A stretch of 64,000 nt of DNA from Acidimicrobiales bacterium (GTDB taxonomy: Bacteria; Actinomycetota; Acidimicrobiia; Acidimicrobiales; Bog-793): contig JBEKBI010000003.1 in the NCBI GenBank assembly GCA_050015475.1, forward strand, positions 32,109-96,108, given 5' to 3'. Shown in pieces: positions 27,523 to 37,154 of the stretch (position 1 is the stretch's first letter; each line of letters starts with the position of its first letter). The notes under the pieces were generated by a model. That model did no database searches and had not been told where the DNA came from. It worked only from the letters and a program-made list of their open reading frames with translations. The translations under genes were made by a program, and so were the position numbers.

Positions 27523-28788
27523 GTGCTCTCCGGGCAGGGGTCCAATAAGAGCGAAGACGCTCCGGCAGCCGGCCCTCGGACTGCTCGATCTCTGGGTCGG
27601 CGCTTCAACTACCTCTGGTCGACTTTCACGGTCTCGAGCCTCGGCGACGGGCTTGGCTACGGAGCCGTGCCTCTCCTGGCCCTGTTCGTCGATCCCCACC
27701 CGTTCCCCGTCGCCTGTGTCGCTGCTGCTGACACTTTCCCCTGGCTCGTGCTGGCGTTGCCCGCGGGAGCTGTCGCCGACCGGTTCGAGCGTGGACGGGT
27801 CATGGCCATGACCAACGTGGGGCGCGCTCTCGTTCTCGTGGCCTTGGCACTGCTAGTCGGCTACCACCGGATCGACCTGTTGTGGCTCATCGTCCTCGTG
27901 TTCGTGAACGGCGGCGGGCGCGCCATCTACTACTCGGCGTCCCAGGCGACCGTGCCGGAGCTGGTCGGGCCGCACGCGTTCACACGCGCGAACGGGATCT
28001 TGAGCGGCACCGAGGCCGCGGCCGAGCACCTCGGCGGACCGATACTCGGCACTCTTGCGTTCGCGGCCGTGAGGGCCCTCCCCTTCTTCGCTGACGCCGC
28101 CGCAGTCGGGACTGCGGGACTGTCCCTGCTCGGGTTTCGCACCGAGCGACTAAAACCTGGACCGGCTCACAGCTCGATCCTCGACGGCCTGAGACAGCTG
28201 ATGCGAGACCGGTCACTCAGACTTCTCGTGACCCTGTTGGCGGCTCTGGCGGGCTTACAGGGCCTCGTCATGGGCGTGCTCGTCATCATCGCCACGGTCG
28301 ACTGGGGAGTGACCAAGAGCCTGTACGGGCTGTTCTTGGCGGCCGGGGCGATGGGCAACGTGCCCGGTGCCCTGCTCGCGGATCGGGTCGCCACCCGCTT
28401 CGGCAACGTCCGCGCCCTCATCGCCTGCGCGCTCGTCTCCGGACTCGCCTATCTCGTCATGGCCTCGGCGGGGGGCTGGCTGGTGGCAGGTGCGGCCTTC
28501 GCAGTGGTGAGCTTCGCCGTCTACGCAGGAAGCGTCGTGGCGAACTCACTTCGCCAGCGCCTGACGCCCCGGGACCTGATGGGGCGCGTGGGGTCAGCGT
28601 GGCGCGGCATCGTCTGGGGTGCCTTCCCGATCGGCTCGCTCATCGGCGGGAGCCTCGCCGCCCTCGGTGGCCTGCGTTTGCCGCTGCTCATCGCGGGTGC
28701 AGCGCAGTGCGTAGTCGCGATCGTGCTCGCGCGCCCTTTGTCCCGCAGCCTGGCCGCTTCTGAGATCGAGACCGCGGCCGGGGGCTGA
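27523..28788 (+). CDS. MFS transporter (EntS/MFS_3-like)
   Basis: 421 aa, about 12 TM. 'FNYLWSTFTVSSLGDGLGYGAVPLL' and 'AGAVADRFERGRVM' are typical of this MFS subfamily. GTG start. Confidence 0.85.
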   Translation: MLSGQGSNKSEDAPAAGPRTARSLGRRFNYLWSTFTVSSLGDGLGYGAVPLLALFVDPHPFPVACVAAADTFPWLVLALPAGAVADRFERGRVMAMTNVGRALVLVALALLVGYHRIDLLWLIVLVFVNGGGRAIYYSASQATVPELVGPHAFTRANGILSGTEAAAEHLGGPILGTLAFAAVRALPFFADAAAVGTAGLSLLGFRTERLKPGPAHSSILDGLRQLMRDRSLRLLVTLLAALAGLQGLVMGVLVIIATVDWGVTKSLYGLFLAAGAMGNVPGALLADRVATRFGNVRALIACALVSGLAYLVMASAGGWLVAGAAFAVVSFAVYAGSVVANSLRQRLTPRDLMGRVGSAWRGIVWGAFPIGSLIGGSLAALGGLRLPLLIAGAAQCVVAIVLARPLSRSLAASEIETAAGG

Positions 28789-28944
28789 GCGGTCGACTAG
28801 GGCAGAGCGGCACACCGGCAGCAGAACCACTCGACCCGGGACCTTGTGTCGCGGTCGTTTGGCCAAGGCTCTGTCTCACCGGGCGCGAAATCGCACGAGC
28901 GAGTCCGGCGAACACGACCTGACGATGCCGGCCGACTCCGCGAC

Positions 28945-30246
28945 TCAGGCGTTTCCTACCTGCAAATCGCGCCCAGGCGTCCAAAGCCTGAAGGCGGCCC
29001 AGCCAATCAACAGCGCGCCCCCGAGGGCGAGCTGGCTAACGGCGAAGGTGCCGCGCAGACCGAGCGGACCGATGAGAGCACCCACAACCAGCGGGCAGAC
29101 GATCGCGGAAACGGCCCACACGACGTTCAAAAGGCCCATGACGACACCGACGCCCAGGCCCGCGTCCTTTGCCCCGGACCCGCCGAGCGGATAGGCGACA
29201 ACCCAAAGGACCGAACGGACTAAGGCCGTGGCGCACAGCATCACGATCACAAGCACGGGAGTGGTGCTCAGGCTCGTCGGCGACATCACGAGAGCCAATA
29301 CGAGGCCTGCGCCAAGCACCGTACGAAGACGGTTGGCCCGTTCGCCGAACCGGCTGGTGACCGAGCTGCCGATGATGAACAAGACGGCCGAGACCGAGAA
29401 CACAAGCCCGATCGAGCCCTCCGAGACACCGGACTCGTGCAGTGCGAGTGACCCGAGCAGCGTCGCGACTGCGGCGGAGGCGCCGGCGGCGACGACGGCG
29501 ACGGTCGCCCCGATGATCTTCAAGTCGGCCGCAGCGGCACGAAGGCTCGCGAAGATTCCCACCCGGGCGGCGGCGCTCTTCACCTCGAGATCGATTGTCG
29601 TCAAAAGCACCGTCACGACTGCGGTCAGCGCAGCCGCGATCACAAACGGAGCCGCGATCCCGAAGTACTGGGCGATGAAACCCGCGAACGCCGGGCCTGC
29701 GATGCAACCGACGCCGGAGGCAGTGATGGTCCCCGCCAAAGTCGACTCGTCGTGCGAGGTGTTCGCGAGCCATGCGAGCGCGGTCGTCCACACGATGCCG
29801 TACCCGACGCCGAACAACAGCCGGGAAGCGAGCAGCAACGTGAATGTCGGCGAGAAGGCTTGGCCGAGCGTTGCCACGACCATGAGCCAGCCTGCCCACA
29901 GCGTCAACGCCCGAGCCCCGAAGTGATCGGAAAGCTTGCCCGCGGGCAGCGACACGATGAGGGTTGTGACAGCCGTCGCCGCCAACAGAGCCGCCGTGCC
30001 AACTCCCGTGAGCTGGAACCGGTGGGCGTAAGAGGGCAACAGCGGGGCGATGGCCGACTGCAGGAGTGAAGACAGCACGATGATCGCGTAGACGTAGGCG
30101 CGCAGCCTGCCGATACGTTTGTCGGGCGCGCCGGTCTCGGCGGGGGCCACGCCCGCCCTGACGATTTCGACTGGACCGGTCAGCATGTGATCGTCCTCGT
30201 CGTTCCGCTGTCGTCTCGCGATGTCTTCGTTGCCATCTGGGACCAC
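28945..30246 (-). CDS. MFS transporter (drug/metabolite:H+ antiporter-like)
   Basis: 433 aa, 12 TM. 'LPAGKLSDHFGAR' loop motif. Divergent from the LysR gene. Alternative start at 30186 (MLTGPVE). Confidence 0.85.
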   Translation of the reverse strand: MVPDGNEDIARRQRNDEDDHMLTGPVEIVRAGVAPAETGAPDKRIGRLRAYVYAIIVLSSLLQSAIAPLLPSYAHRFQLTGVGTAALLAATAVTTLIVSLPAGKLSDHFGARALTLWAGWLMVVATLGQAFSPTFTLLLASRLLFGVGYGIVWTTALAWLANTSHDESTLAGTITASGVGCIAGPAFAGFIAQYFGIAAPFVIAAALTAVVTVLLTTIDLEVKSAAARVGIFASLRAAAADLKIIGATVAVVAAGASAAVATLLGSLALHESGVSEGSIGLVFSVSAVLFIIGSSVTSRFGERANRLRTVLGAGLVLALVMSPTSLSTTPVLVIVMLCATALVRSVLWVVAYPLGGSGAKDAGLGVGVVMGLLNVVWAVSAIVCPLVVGALIGPLGLRGTFAVSQLALGGALLIGWAAFRLWTPGRDLQVGNA

Positions 30247-30311
30247 CGTACGCTGGACTCTTCCGTCATCCCCTATTTTACGACATCATTTATCGCTAGT
30301 AACCTGAATGT

Positions 30312-31244
30312 TTGATGCCTGAACGATCAATCTGGTCGATCGATAAGGGAGTCGGGTTACGCGAACTGCGGGCGCTGCTCGCAGTCGCGGACCTCGGGTC
30401 GTTCCGCCGTGCTGCCGCTGAGCTCGGCTACACCCAATCCTCGGTCTCGCACCAGATCGCGTCGCTCGAACGGGCGCTCGGCACGGAGTTGTTCACTCGC
30501 CCGGGAGGGCGCGGAGCCGTGAAGCTCACAACCAGCGGCACAGCCGCCTGTAGACGGGCCCGGCGGGTCCTCGGCGAGGTGGAGGCGATGGGCGCCGACG
30601 TCGACTGGGCGCAAAGGGGAGAGCGGACTCGGATCAGGGTGGGTGTGTTCCAGACGGCGGCGGCGGAGTTGATGCCGGCAGCCTTGCGCTCGTTCCGGGA
30701 GACTCACCCCGAAGTCGAGGTCGTCCTGACCGAGGTCGAGGAGATCCAGTCGATCATGAGCGGGCTCGGTCGCGGAAGGCTCGACCTGGCATTTGCCCTC
30801 AACCCTGAACCCGACGAACGCGCCGAGGTCATCCCACTGCTCGAGGACCCCTGGGTGATCCTCACCCGGCGAGACAGCGCCCTCGGTGGGGCCGAACACC
30901 TGAGCTTCGACCTGATCAACGGAATGGACTTCGTCGCTTGGACGCGGCGCTGGACGAGCCAAGTCGAGCTCGAGGAGGCGTGGAGCCGGAGAGGCATCGC
31001 CCCGCGGATCGTCTACCGGACTGACGACAACCTGGCGCTGCAGCGCCTCGTCGCCGCAGGTCTGGGACATGCCTGCATAGGCCGCCTGGCGGCACAACGG
31101 GCCATCGACCCGTCGCTCACATGGCTCGCCCCTACCGAAGCCCTCGCTCCCCGCCAGATATCGCTGTGCTACCCGCGCCACCGCGATCTCACCCGTGCTG
31201 TATCAGTGCTCATCACGGCCATCCGGGCCCACGCCGCGGGTTGA
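30312..31244 (+). CDS. LysR-family transcriptional regulator
   Basis: 'LRALLAVADLGSFRRAAAELGYTQSSVSHQIASLERALGTELFTR' HTH, followed by a LysR substrate-binding domain. Confidence 0.92.
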   Translation: MMPERSIWSIDKGVGLRELRALLAVADLGSFRRAAAELGYTQSSVSHQIASLERALGTELFTRPGGRGAVKLTTSGTAACRRARRVLGEVEAMGADVDWAQRGERTRIRVGVFQTAAAELMPAALRSFRETHPEVEVVLTEVEEIQSIMSGLGRGRLDLAFALNPEPDERAEVIPLLEDPWVILTRRDSALGGAEHLSFDLINGMDFVAWTRRWTSQVELEEAWSRRGIAPRIVYRTDDNLALQRLVAAGLGHACIGRLAAQRAIDPSLTWLAPTEALAPRQISLCYPRHRDLTRAVSVLITAIRAHAAG

Positions 31245-32677
31245 GCCGCTACCAACTCGAGACTCGCCCGATCACACGAGATAGCCTGGCCAGCACGCCC
31301 AAGACCTTCCACACGATCATCGAGCCGTTCCGTATCCACGCCGTCGAGCCGCTGCGCATGACGACGGGGTACGAGCGTGAGGCGGCCATACGCGCCGCCG
31401 GCTACAACGTGTTCAACCTCTCCGCGCGTGACGTGCTCATCGATCTACTCACCGACTCAGGCACGGGAGCGATGAGCCGCGACCAGTGGGCGGCCGTGCA
31501 GCACGGAGACGAGTCGTACGCGGGCTCACCATCGTGGTTCATCTTCCGGGACGCAGTCACCGAGTTCTTCCCATTTCGTCATGTGATACCGACACATCAG
31601 GGCCGGGCCGCGGAGAAGATCCTCTTCTCGGTGCTCGGAGGCCCGGGCCAGGTTGTGCCGAGCAACACGCACTTCGACACGACCAGGGCCAACATCGAGT
31701 TCACGGGCGCCGAGGCAGTCGACCTGGTCATCGCCGAAGGGCGCGACCCGGCGTGCATACATCCATTCAAGGGAAATCTCGACACTCTCGCGCTGGATGC
31801 CCTCATCAGAGCCCGGGGACGCGAGCACGTGCCCGTCGTAATGGTCACGATCACCAACAACTCGGCCGGGGGCCAACCAGTCAGCCTGGCGAACCTCCGC
31901 GAGGTGCGGGCGGTATGCGACGAACACCAGATCCCGTTGTTCCTCGACGCCTGCCGGTTCGCCGAGAACGCCTGGTTCATCCACGAACGCGAGGAAGGTC
32001 AACAGAATCGGGAAGTGGCCGACATTGTGCGTGAAATGGCCTCCCTCGCCGACGGGATGACCATGAGCGCCAAGAAGGACCCGCTTGCCAATATCGGCGG
32101 CTGGCTGGCTTGCAACAACGACGCCCTGGCAGAGTCGTGCCGGAACATGTTGATCTTGACTGAGGGCTTCCCCACCTACGGTGGCCTGGCCGGCCGGGAC
32201 CTGGAAGCCATCGCGCAGGGGCTGCGAGAGTCGGTCTCGCACGACTACTTGCGTTACCGGATCCAATCGACGGCCTACCTCGGCGAGGCCTTGCATAAAG
32301 CCGGCATCCCGGTTGTCATGCCGATCGGCGGCCACGCGGTGTTCCTCGACGCACGTGGGCTCCTCCCCCACATCCCGCCGCTCCAGTACCCGGGTCAGGC
32401 GCTGTCCGTGGCTCTTTACACCGAAGGCGGCGTCAGAGGGAGTGAGATCGGCACCGTGATGTTCGGCCGGCAGCCGGACGGCTCCGAGCAGGCTGCCACC
32501 ATGGACCTCGTCCGGCTTGCCATCCCCAGGCGGACCTACACCCAGAGCCACATCGACTACGTCATCGAAGTGTGCCTGGCCGTGGCCGAGCAATCAGCGG
32601 AGCTTTCGGGCTACCGGATCGTCCAGGAAGCGCCCCAGCTACGACATTTCACGGCCCGCTTCGAACCGCTGTCCTGA
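31241..32677 (+). CDS. tnaA: Tryptophanase / tyrosine phenol-lyase family beta-eliminating lyase (PLP)
   Basis: Colinear with E. coli TnaA as recalled: 'EPFRIHAVEPLRMTT', 'IDLLTDSGTGAMS', 'IPTHQGRAAE', 'TNNSAGGQPVSLANL', 'MSAKKDPLANIGGWL' (PLP-Lys), 'EGFPTYGGLAGRD', 'RLAIPRRTYTQSHIDY'. Start uncertain: TTG at 31241 overlaps the LysR stop (TTGA). I cannot separate Trp from Tyr specificity by eye. Confidence 0.88.
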   Translation: MSRYQLETRPITRDSLASTPKTFHTIIEPFRIHAVEPLRMTTGYEREAAIRAAGYNVFNLSARDVLIDLLTDSGTGAMSRDQWAAVQHGDESYAGSPSWFIFRDAVTEFFPFRHVIPTHQGRAAEKILFSVLGGPGQVVPSNTHFDTTRANIEFTGAEAVDLVIAEGRDPACIHPFKGNLDTLALDALIRARGREHVPVVMVTITNNSAGGQPVSLANLREVRAVCDEHQIPLFLDACRFAENAWFIHEREEGQQNREVADIVREMASLADGMTMSAKKDPLANIGGWLACNNDALAESCRNMLILTEGFPTYGGLAGRDLEAIAQGLRESVSHDYLRYRIQSTAYLGEALHKAGIPVVMPIGGHAVFLDARGLLPHIPPLQYPGQALSVALYTEGGVRGSEIGTVMFGRQPDGSEQAATMDLVRLAIPRRTYTQSHIDYVIEVCLAVAEQSAELSGYRIVQEAPQLRHFTARFEPLS

Positions 32678-32860
32678 TCCGAGGCGAGCCTGCCTGCTCT
32701 TGCAGAGCGCGTGACAACTACTTCGCGAGCGAGGCCGGCCGGGAGCCATCGACCCGGGGCGTGACCCGGGGTTTGCCAAAGCCAACCAGCCTCGAATGCT
32801 TAGAAGCCCCACCCGCCCTGGTAGTGCTGCTCACTCAAAGAGCGCGAGGTTGGGCCCCGC

Positions 32861-33244
32861 CTACTCAGGGTCGTGGCAGACGGCTTCGACGTTGTTCCCA
32901 TCCGGGTCGCGCACGAAGGCTGCGTAGTAGTTCTCGTGGTACTCCGGCCACACACGAGGTTCGTGGAGCACCGGGGCCCCGAGGGCAACAGCCGCGTCGA
33001 AGAAGGCCCGCACGCTCGCCCGGTCTTCGGCCGCAAAGGCCAAGTGGATCTCACGGTTCGGCTCGCCGGATACGAGCGGCCCCAACCAGAACTCGGGCTG
33101 CCCGGAGGTGCCGTACCCGATGTTCTCACCGAAGTCCATCACCCGGGATCCGCCGATGCACGCGAGAGCACCGTCGTAGAAGGCCGAGCTCGCGCGAACA
33201 TCCGCGCACTGAATTGACACATGATTTAGCACGCAACGGATCAT
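32861..33244 (-). CDS. VOC (glyoxalase/bleomycin-resistance/dioxygenase) family protein
   Basis: 127 aa. 'LNHVSIQCADVRASSAFY...HLAFAAEDRASV...AFVRDPDGNNVEAV'. Confidence 0.85.
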   Translation of the reverse strand: MIRCVLNHVSIQCADVRASSAFYDGALACIGGSRVMDFGENIGYGTSGQPEFWLGPLVSGEPNREIHLAFAAEDRASVRAFFDAAVALGAPVLHEPRVWPEYHENYYAAFVRDPDGNNVEAVCHDPE

Positions 33245-33277
33245 ACGAGCGGAGCTGCCGATTGTCAGCGCCCAGGA

Positions 33278-34714
33278 GTGCTGCCCGGCCTAGTCGCGTT
33301 GCGCGAGACTTCGTTTCAGATGGCTCCACGACTCAAACACTCGTTCTCTCGCGCGAAGGCCAACGAGCCCGACGCCACCCTTGCCGACCTCGGTGTCGCC
33401 CTTGAAACCGCCCGACAGGAGGGCGCAACCAACGCGCTTTTCCTTGTCGACTTGAGCGGCTTCCACGTTCTCAACAACGGATTCGGCCGACCGGTCGGTG
33501 ATGTCGTGATCCAAACGGTCCTGAAGCGACTGAGCCAGTGTGTGGACAACGAGCGTGGGTGTGCACACGGCGGTGGCGACCGGTTCCTAGTGCTGGTCAG
33601 CTCGCCTCAGTCGGAGGTCCCACTCGACGACATCGCCCACCGATTGATCGATGTCGTCCGTGAGCCGGTCCGCGTCGAGGGAGGCGGTTCCGCCCAGTTG
33701 GTCGTCTCTGCGACCGTCGGCAGTGTCACTGATGACGGGGCGAGCCTCGACGAACTCGTCCGGTGCGCTGACATTGCCCTCCGTGAGGCCAAGACGCGCG
33801 GGCTCACAGGTCATGTCACGTTTCGGCCAGAGATGCTCGAGGCCGCTCAGGCGGCCGCTTGCGTAGAACGCGATTTGCGGGAGGCACTCGACACCGAGCG
33901 CCTCTTCCTCACCTACCTGCCCGGTGTTGAGATCGCATCAGGCCGAATGACGAGCGCCGAGGCCTTGCTCCGCTGGCAGCATCCGCAACGGGGCGTGGTC
34001 GTCGCGGGTGATTTCGTCCCTTTGCTGGAGCAGAGCGGGACGATCGTCGACGTTGGCAGCTGGGTGTTGCGCGAGGCCTGCATGCAGGCCGCAGCCTGGC
34101 AACGGCGAGGCATCACCGTTTCAGTCCACGTGAACCTGTCTCCCCGGCAGCTCGGGGCCGAAATCCTCGTCGCCGACCTGCGCGAGACGCTCGAAACCAG
34201 CCACCTCGATCCCTCCCACTTGGTGCTGGACGTGGCGGAGAACGTCCTCGCGATGGACGTCGAGGCCATCGCCGCCCGCCTCGTGGAATTCAGGACGCTC
34301 GGCGTCCGCGTGGCCTTGGACAATTTCGGCACCGCCTACGCCTCGTTGAGCCAGCTGAAGCTCCTGCCGCTCGACATAGTCGAGTTCGACCGGTCCTTGA
34401 TTGCAGACGTCGGCACGGAGGAGGCTGCGAGCGCCCTGATGCGCACGTTCGTGCAGATCGCGGATGGCCTCGGACTCGAAACTTTCGCGGCTGGAGTCGA
34501 GAATGCAGTCCAACGTGAGGCGCTCGTCGATGCCGGCTGCAAGCAGGCGTTCGGGCATCTGTACTCCCAGCCGGTCGACGCCAAGGACCTGGACAAGCTC
34601 TTCCGTGACTTCGAGGCTGTCGCCGTGATCGCCGAGGCATCCCGTCCCTCGACGCGAGATGAAAAGCTCTCGAGGCCAGACGGTGCTGCTGGCGCGGATC
34701 GGGTCGCCGACTAG
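33278..34714 (+). CDS. GGDEF-EAL protein with both catalytic motif sets degenerate, no sensor domain
   Basis: 478 aa. 'HGGGDRFLVLV' replaces GGDEF. EAL fold present ('EALLRWQHP') but 'DVAE' replaces ExTE, 'LDNFGTAY' replaces DDFGTG, 'EFDRS' replaces K(I/L)DR, 'AGVEN' replaces EGVE and 'FGHLYS' replaces QGY. Confidence 0.85.
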   Translation: MLPGLVALRETSFQMAPRLKHSFSRAKANEPDATLADLGVALETARQEGATNALFLVDLSGFHVLNNGFGRPVGDVVIQTVLKRLSQCVDNERGCAHGGGDRFLVLVSSPQSEVPLDDIAHRLIDVVREPVRVEGGGSAQLVVSATVGSVTDDGASLDELVRCADIALREAKTRGLTGHVTFRPEMLEAAQAAACVERDLREALDTERLFLTYLPGVEIASGRMTSAEALLRWQHPQRGVVVAGDFVPLLEQSGTIVDVGSWVLREACMQAAAWQRRGITVSVHVNLSPRQLGAEILVADLRETLETSHLDPSHLVLDVAENVLAMDVEAIAARLVEFRTLGVRVALDNFGTAYASLSQLKLLPLDIVEFDRSLIADVGTEEAASALMRTFVQIADGLGLETFAAGVENAVQREALVDAGCKQAFGHLYSQPVDAKDLDKLFRDFEAVAVIAEASRPSTRDEKLSRPDGAAGADRVAD

Positions 34715-35727
34715 GACGGAGGCGAGGACCCGCACGAAGCGGCTGCGCCCTCACGACCCAGAGAATCGGAAGCTTCATGCATGGGCGCGTCGCCCTGCCG
34801 CATTCGTTCGTAGCGGTAGCCGAGCCCGCGAATCGTCACGATGCGAAGGGGATCGTCGGGGTCGTCCTCGATGCGGGCGCGCAGCCTATTGACCAGTGTC
34901 GACAATATCTTCCCGTTGCCGACGAAGTTTGGGCCCCAGATGCGCTCGAGCAGAGTTTGCCGGAGCAGTAGCTTGCCCGGTCTGCGCAGCAATTCCTCGA
35001 GAAGCCGGAATTCCTGGCGCGTCAACTCGACGCGCTCTCCCCGCACGTAGACCTCATGACACTCCGGGTCCAACCGGAGGTCGTCGACGACGAGCGCGCC
35101 GGACTCCACCTGTTCGGGAACGAGTGCTACAGCCGTCGGCTGAGCCGGTGTGGCCGTGCTCGAGGGATGAGAGGATCTGCGCCTCAGCACGGCACGGATC
35201 CTGGCTACGAGAACGCGCATGCGGTAGGGCTTGGCGACGAAGTCGTCCGCGCCGACCTCCATGGCGACCACGACGTCGATCTCCTCGGAGCGGTCACTCA
35301 CGATGATCACGGGCACGTTCGAACGGCCTTCTCGGAGTCGCCGGCAGACATCGATCCCAGTCAGTCCGGGCAGCGTGGCGTCCACAATCAGAACGTCGGG
35401 ATTCGTGACCCGGAACAATTCGAGACCGGCTGCGCCGTCCCGGGCCCACGTCACTGCGAAACCCTCGCGCTCGAGGCCAGCACGAATTTCGGAGGCCTGC
35501 TCCTCTTCGTCCTCGATGACGAGGACTCGGGTGGCGCCCACCACCAAGTCGCCTCGCGAATCGCCGGTCCGTGGGTTGCTCTCGTCAGCTGCGCCGAAAT
35601 GATCCCCCGATCCCGGAGAGGACCGGTTGGACCCCGGGCTCCGGCCGAAGCTGGCTGTGACCACGTCGTCGACGTGAGACGGCGGGACGCTGGTCAAGTC
35701 AGCAAACGAACCATCCCGTAGCGGCAT
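34711..35727 (-). CDS. OmpR/PhoB-type response regulator (orphan; low-complexity N-terminal extension if the annotated start is real)
   Basis: Receiver 'RVLVIEDEEE...VLIVDATLPGLTGIDV...PVIIVSD...GADDFVAKP' plus winged-helix 'ELTRQEFRLLEELL...TIRGLGYRYE'. Start may instead be GTG near 35544. No histidine kinase in the window. Confidence 0.88.
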   Translation of the reverse strand: MPLRDGSFADLTSVPPSHVDDVVTASFGRSPGSNRSSPGSGDHFGAADESNPRTGDSRGDLVVGATRVLVIEDEEEQASEIRAGLEREGFAVTWARDGAAGLELFRVTNPDVLIVDATLPGLTGIDVCRRLREGRSNVPVIIVSDRSEEIDVVVAMEVGADDFVAKPYRMRVLVARIRAVLRRRSSHPSSTATPAQPTAVALVPEQVESGALVVDDLRLDPECHEVYVRGERVELTRQEFRLLEELLRRPGKLLLRQTLLERIWGPNFVGNGKILSTLVNRLRARIEDDPDDPLRIVTIRGLGYRYERMRQGDAPMHEASDSLGREGAAASCGSSPPS

Positions 35728-36220
35728 CGCGCGGGCAAACTATCCAAGCCGAATGAACGCAGCGTGAGCCGTGATCGGCATCTCAGTGAAGTTCGTATGA
35801 ACGTTGAGTGACAAACAGCGCGCCGATGCGGCCTCACTCGCCAAGGCGTGCCAGCCGTCGTCGGCAGCCTCACGGACACAGGACGAGGTCCCTCGGGAAC
35901 CGGACGACGAGGCGCCTCGACCCAGCAGGCTCGTCGGCGCGGTCTGCGACTGCCGGCCCGCCACAGGCCGTGGATCGTGCGAAAACACCCATGGTTACTG
36001 AGAAACGCCGCCTCCACTCACGTTCCAACGATCTGCTCAGCTGAGATTCGTCGCCACATTTGTCACGACGGCGAGTCGTGCGCGGACCCGCCACCTTCTT
36101 CGGTCCGCTGCGCCGCGACCGTGTCGAGCTCGGAGCCGACCGTACCCATCCAAGCACGCTGCCCTCGAGTGAAGCTGGTGGGTCGTGTTAGCTCGAATTC
36201 ATCTACATGCAATCTTCCCG

Positions 36221-36248
36221 TTGCCTTCTCTACATCAGCCGGTAGGGT
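36221..36248 (+). promoter_or_regulatory. Candidate pst operon promoter (TTGCCT, 16 nt, TAGGGT)
   Basis: Read directly in an AT-richer patch about 65 nt upstream of pstB. Flanked by a direct repeat TCTACAT (36202-36208 and 36229-36235). Confidence 0.25.
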
Positions 36249-36311
36249 CCACTACCTAGACTTCTTGCTCGGATCCCCAAGTACTTACCGGGAAAAGAGG
36301 AGGACGCCGGC

Positions 36312-37154
36312 TTGTTGGCAATCGAAGAGATCGGGCCAGAGTCCCTCGTTTCAAGTCCACACTTGGCCACCGAAGTCATGGGTGCCCAACTCGACGCGAT
36401 CAACGTGTCGGCCTGGTTCGGCACCAACCGGGTTCTAAGCCGGGTGTCGCTTTCCATGCCGCCCGGAACTGTCACCGCTCTGATCGGCCCGTCCGGATGC
36501 GGCAAGTCGACCTTTCTGCGGATCCTCAACCGCATGCACGAGATGGTGCCCTCGGCCAAGCTGGCTGGCCAGGTCAAGCTCGGCGGTCAAGATATCTACG
36601 CCGTAGGCCAGCGCGTCACCGAGACCCGCAAGAAGATCGGGATGGTGTTCCAGAAGCCGAACCCGTTCCCCGCCATGTCAATCGCCGAGAATGTGATCGC
36701 CGGGTTGAAACTGGTCGGAGTCAAGCTCAGCCGATCCGAACGAGATGAGCTGATTGAGCGGTCGTTGACCCGCGCCGGGCTCTGGACCGAGGTCCGTGAT
36801 CGCTTGCGCGATCCAGGGGGCGCTCTTTCAGGCGGGCAGCAGCAGCGGCTTTGCATCGCCCGCGCGTTAGCAGTCGATCCCATGGTCCTGCTCATGGACG
36901 AGCCCTGCTCCGCGCTCGACCCGACGTCCACGAGACGTATCGAGGACACGATCCACGAAATCAAGGACGAGGTGACGGTGGTGATCGTCACCCACAACAT
37001 GCAGCAGGCCGCCCGCGTGTCAGAGCAGTGCGCCTTCTTCCTTGCCCAGCAGGGCACGCCTGGAGTCATCGTTGAGGCGGGACGGACGGAGAAGATCTTC
37101 ACCGCACCTGACGACCCTCGGACCGAGGACTACGTCAATGGCCGCTTCGGCTGA
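36312..37154 (+). CDS. pstB: Phosphate ABC transporter ATP-binding protein
   Basis: '[12 protein letters not shown]', '[14 protein letters not shown]', '[16 protein letters not shown]', '[12 protein letters not shown]', '[12 protein letters not shown]'. TTG start follows AAGAGGAGGA. Confidence 0.93.
   Translation: MLAIEEIGPESLVSSPHLATEVMGAQLDAINVSAWFGTNRVLSRVSLSMPPGTVTALIGPSGCGKSTFLRILNRMHEMVPSAKLAGQVKLGGQDIYAVGQRVTETRKKIGMVFQKPNPFPAMSIAENVIAGLKLVGVKLSRSERDELIERSLTRAGLWTEVRDRLRDPGGALSGGQQQRLCIARALAVDPMVLLMDEPCSALDPTSTRRIEDTIHEIKDEVTVVIVTHNMQQAARVSEQCAFFLAQQGTPGVIVEAGRTEKIFTAPDDPRTEDYVNGRFG

Noticed and set aside
36202-36235. Pho-box-like direct repeat (TCTACAT x2) upstream of pstB
   Set aside because: It does not match the GTTCACC-type actinobacterial PHO-box units I know, and two 7-mers 27 nt apart can occur by chance. 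It is mentioned only as a weak operator candidate.
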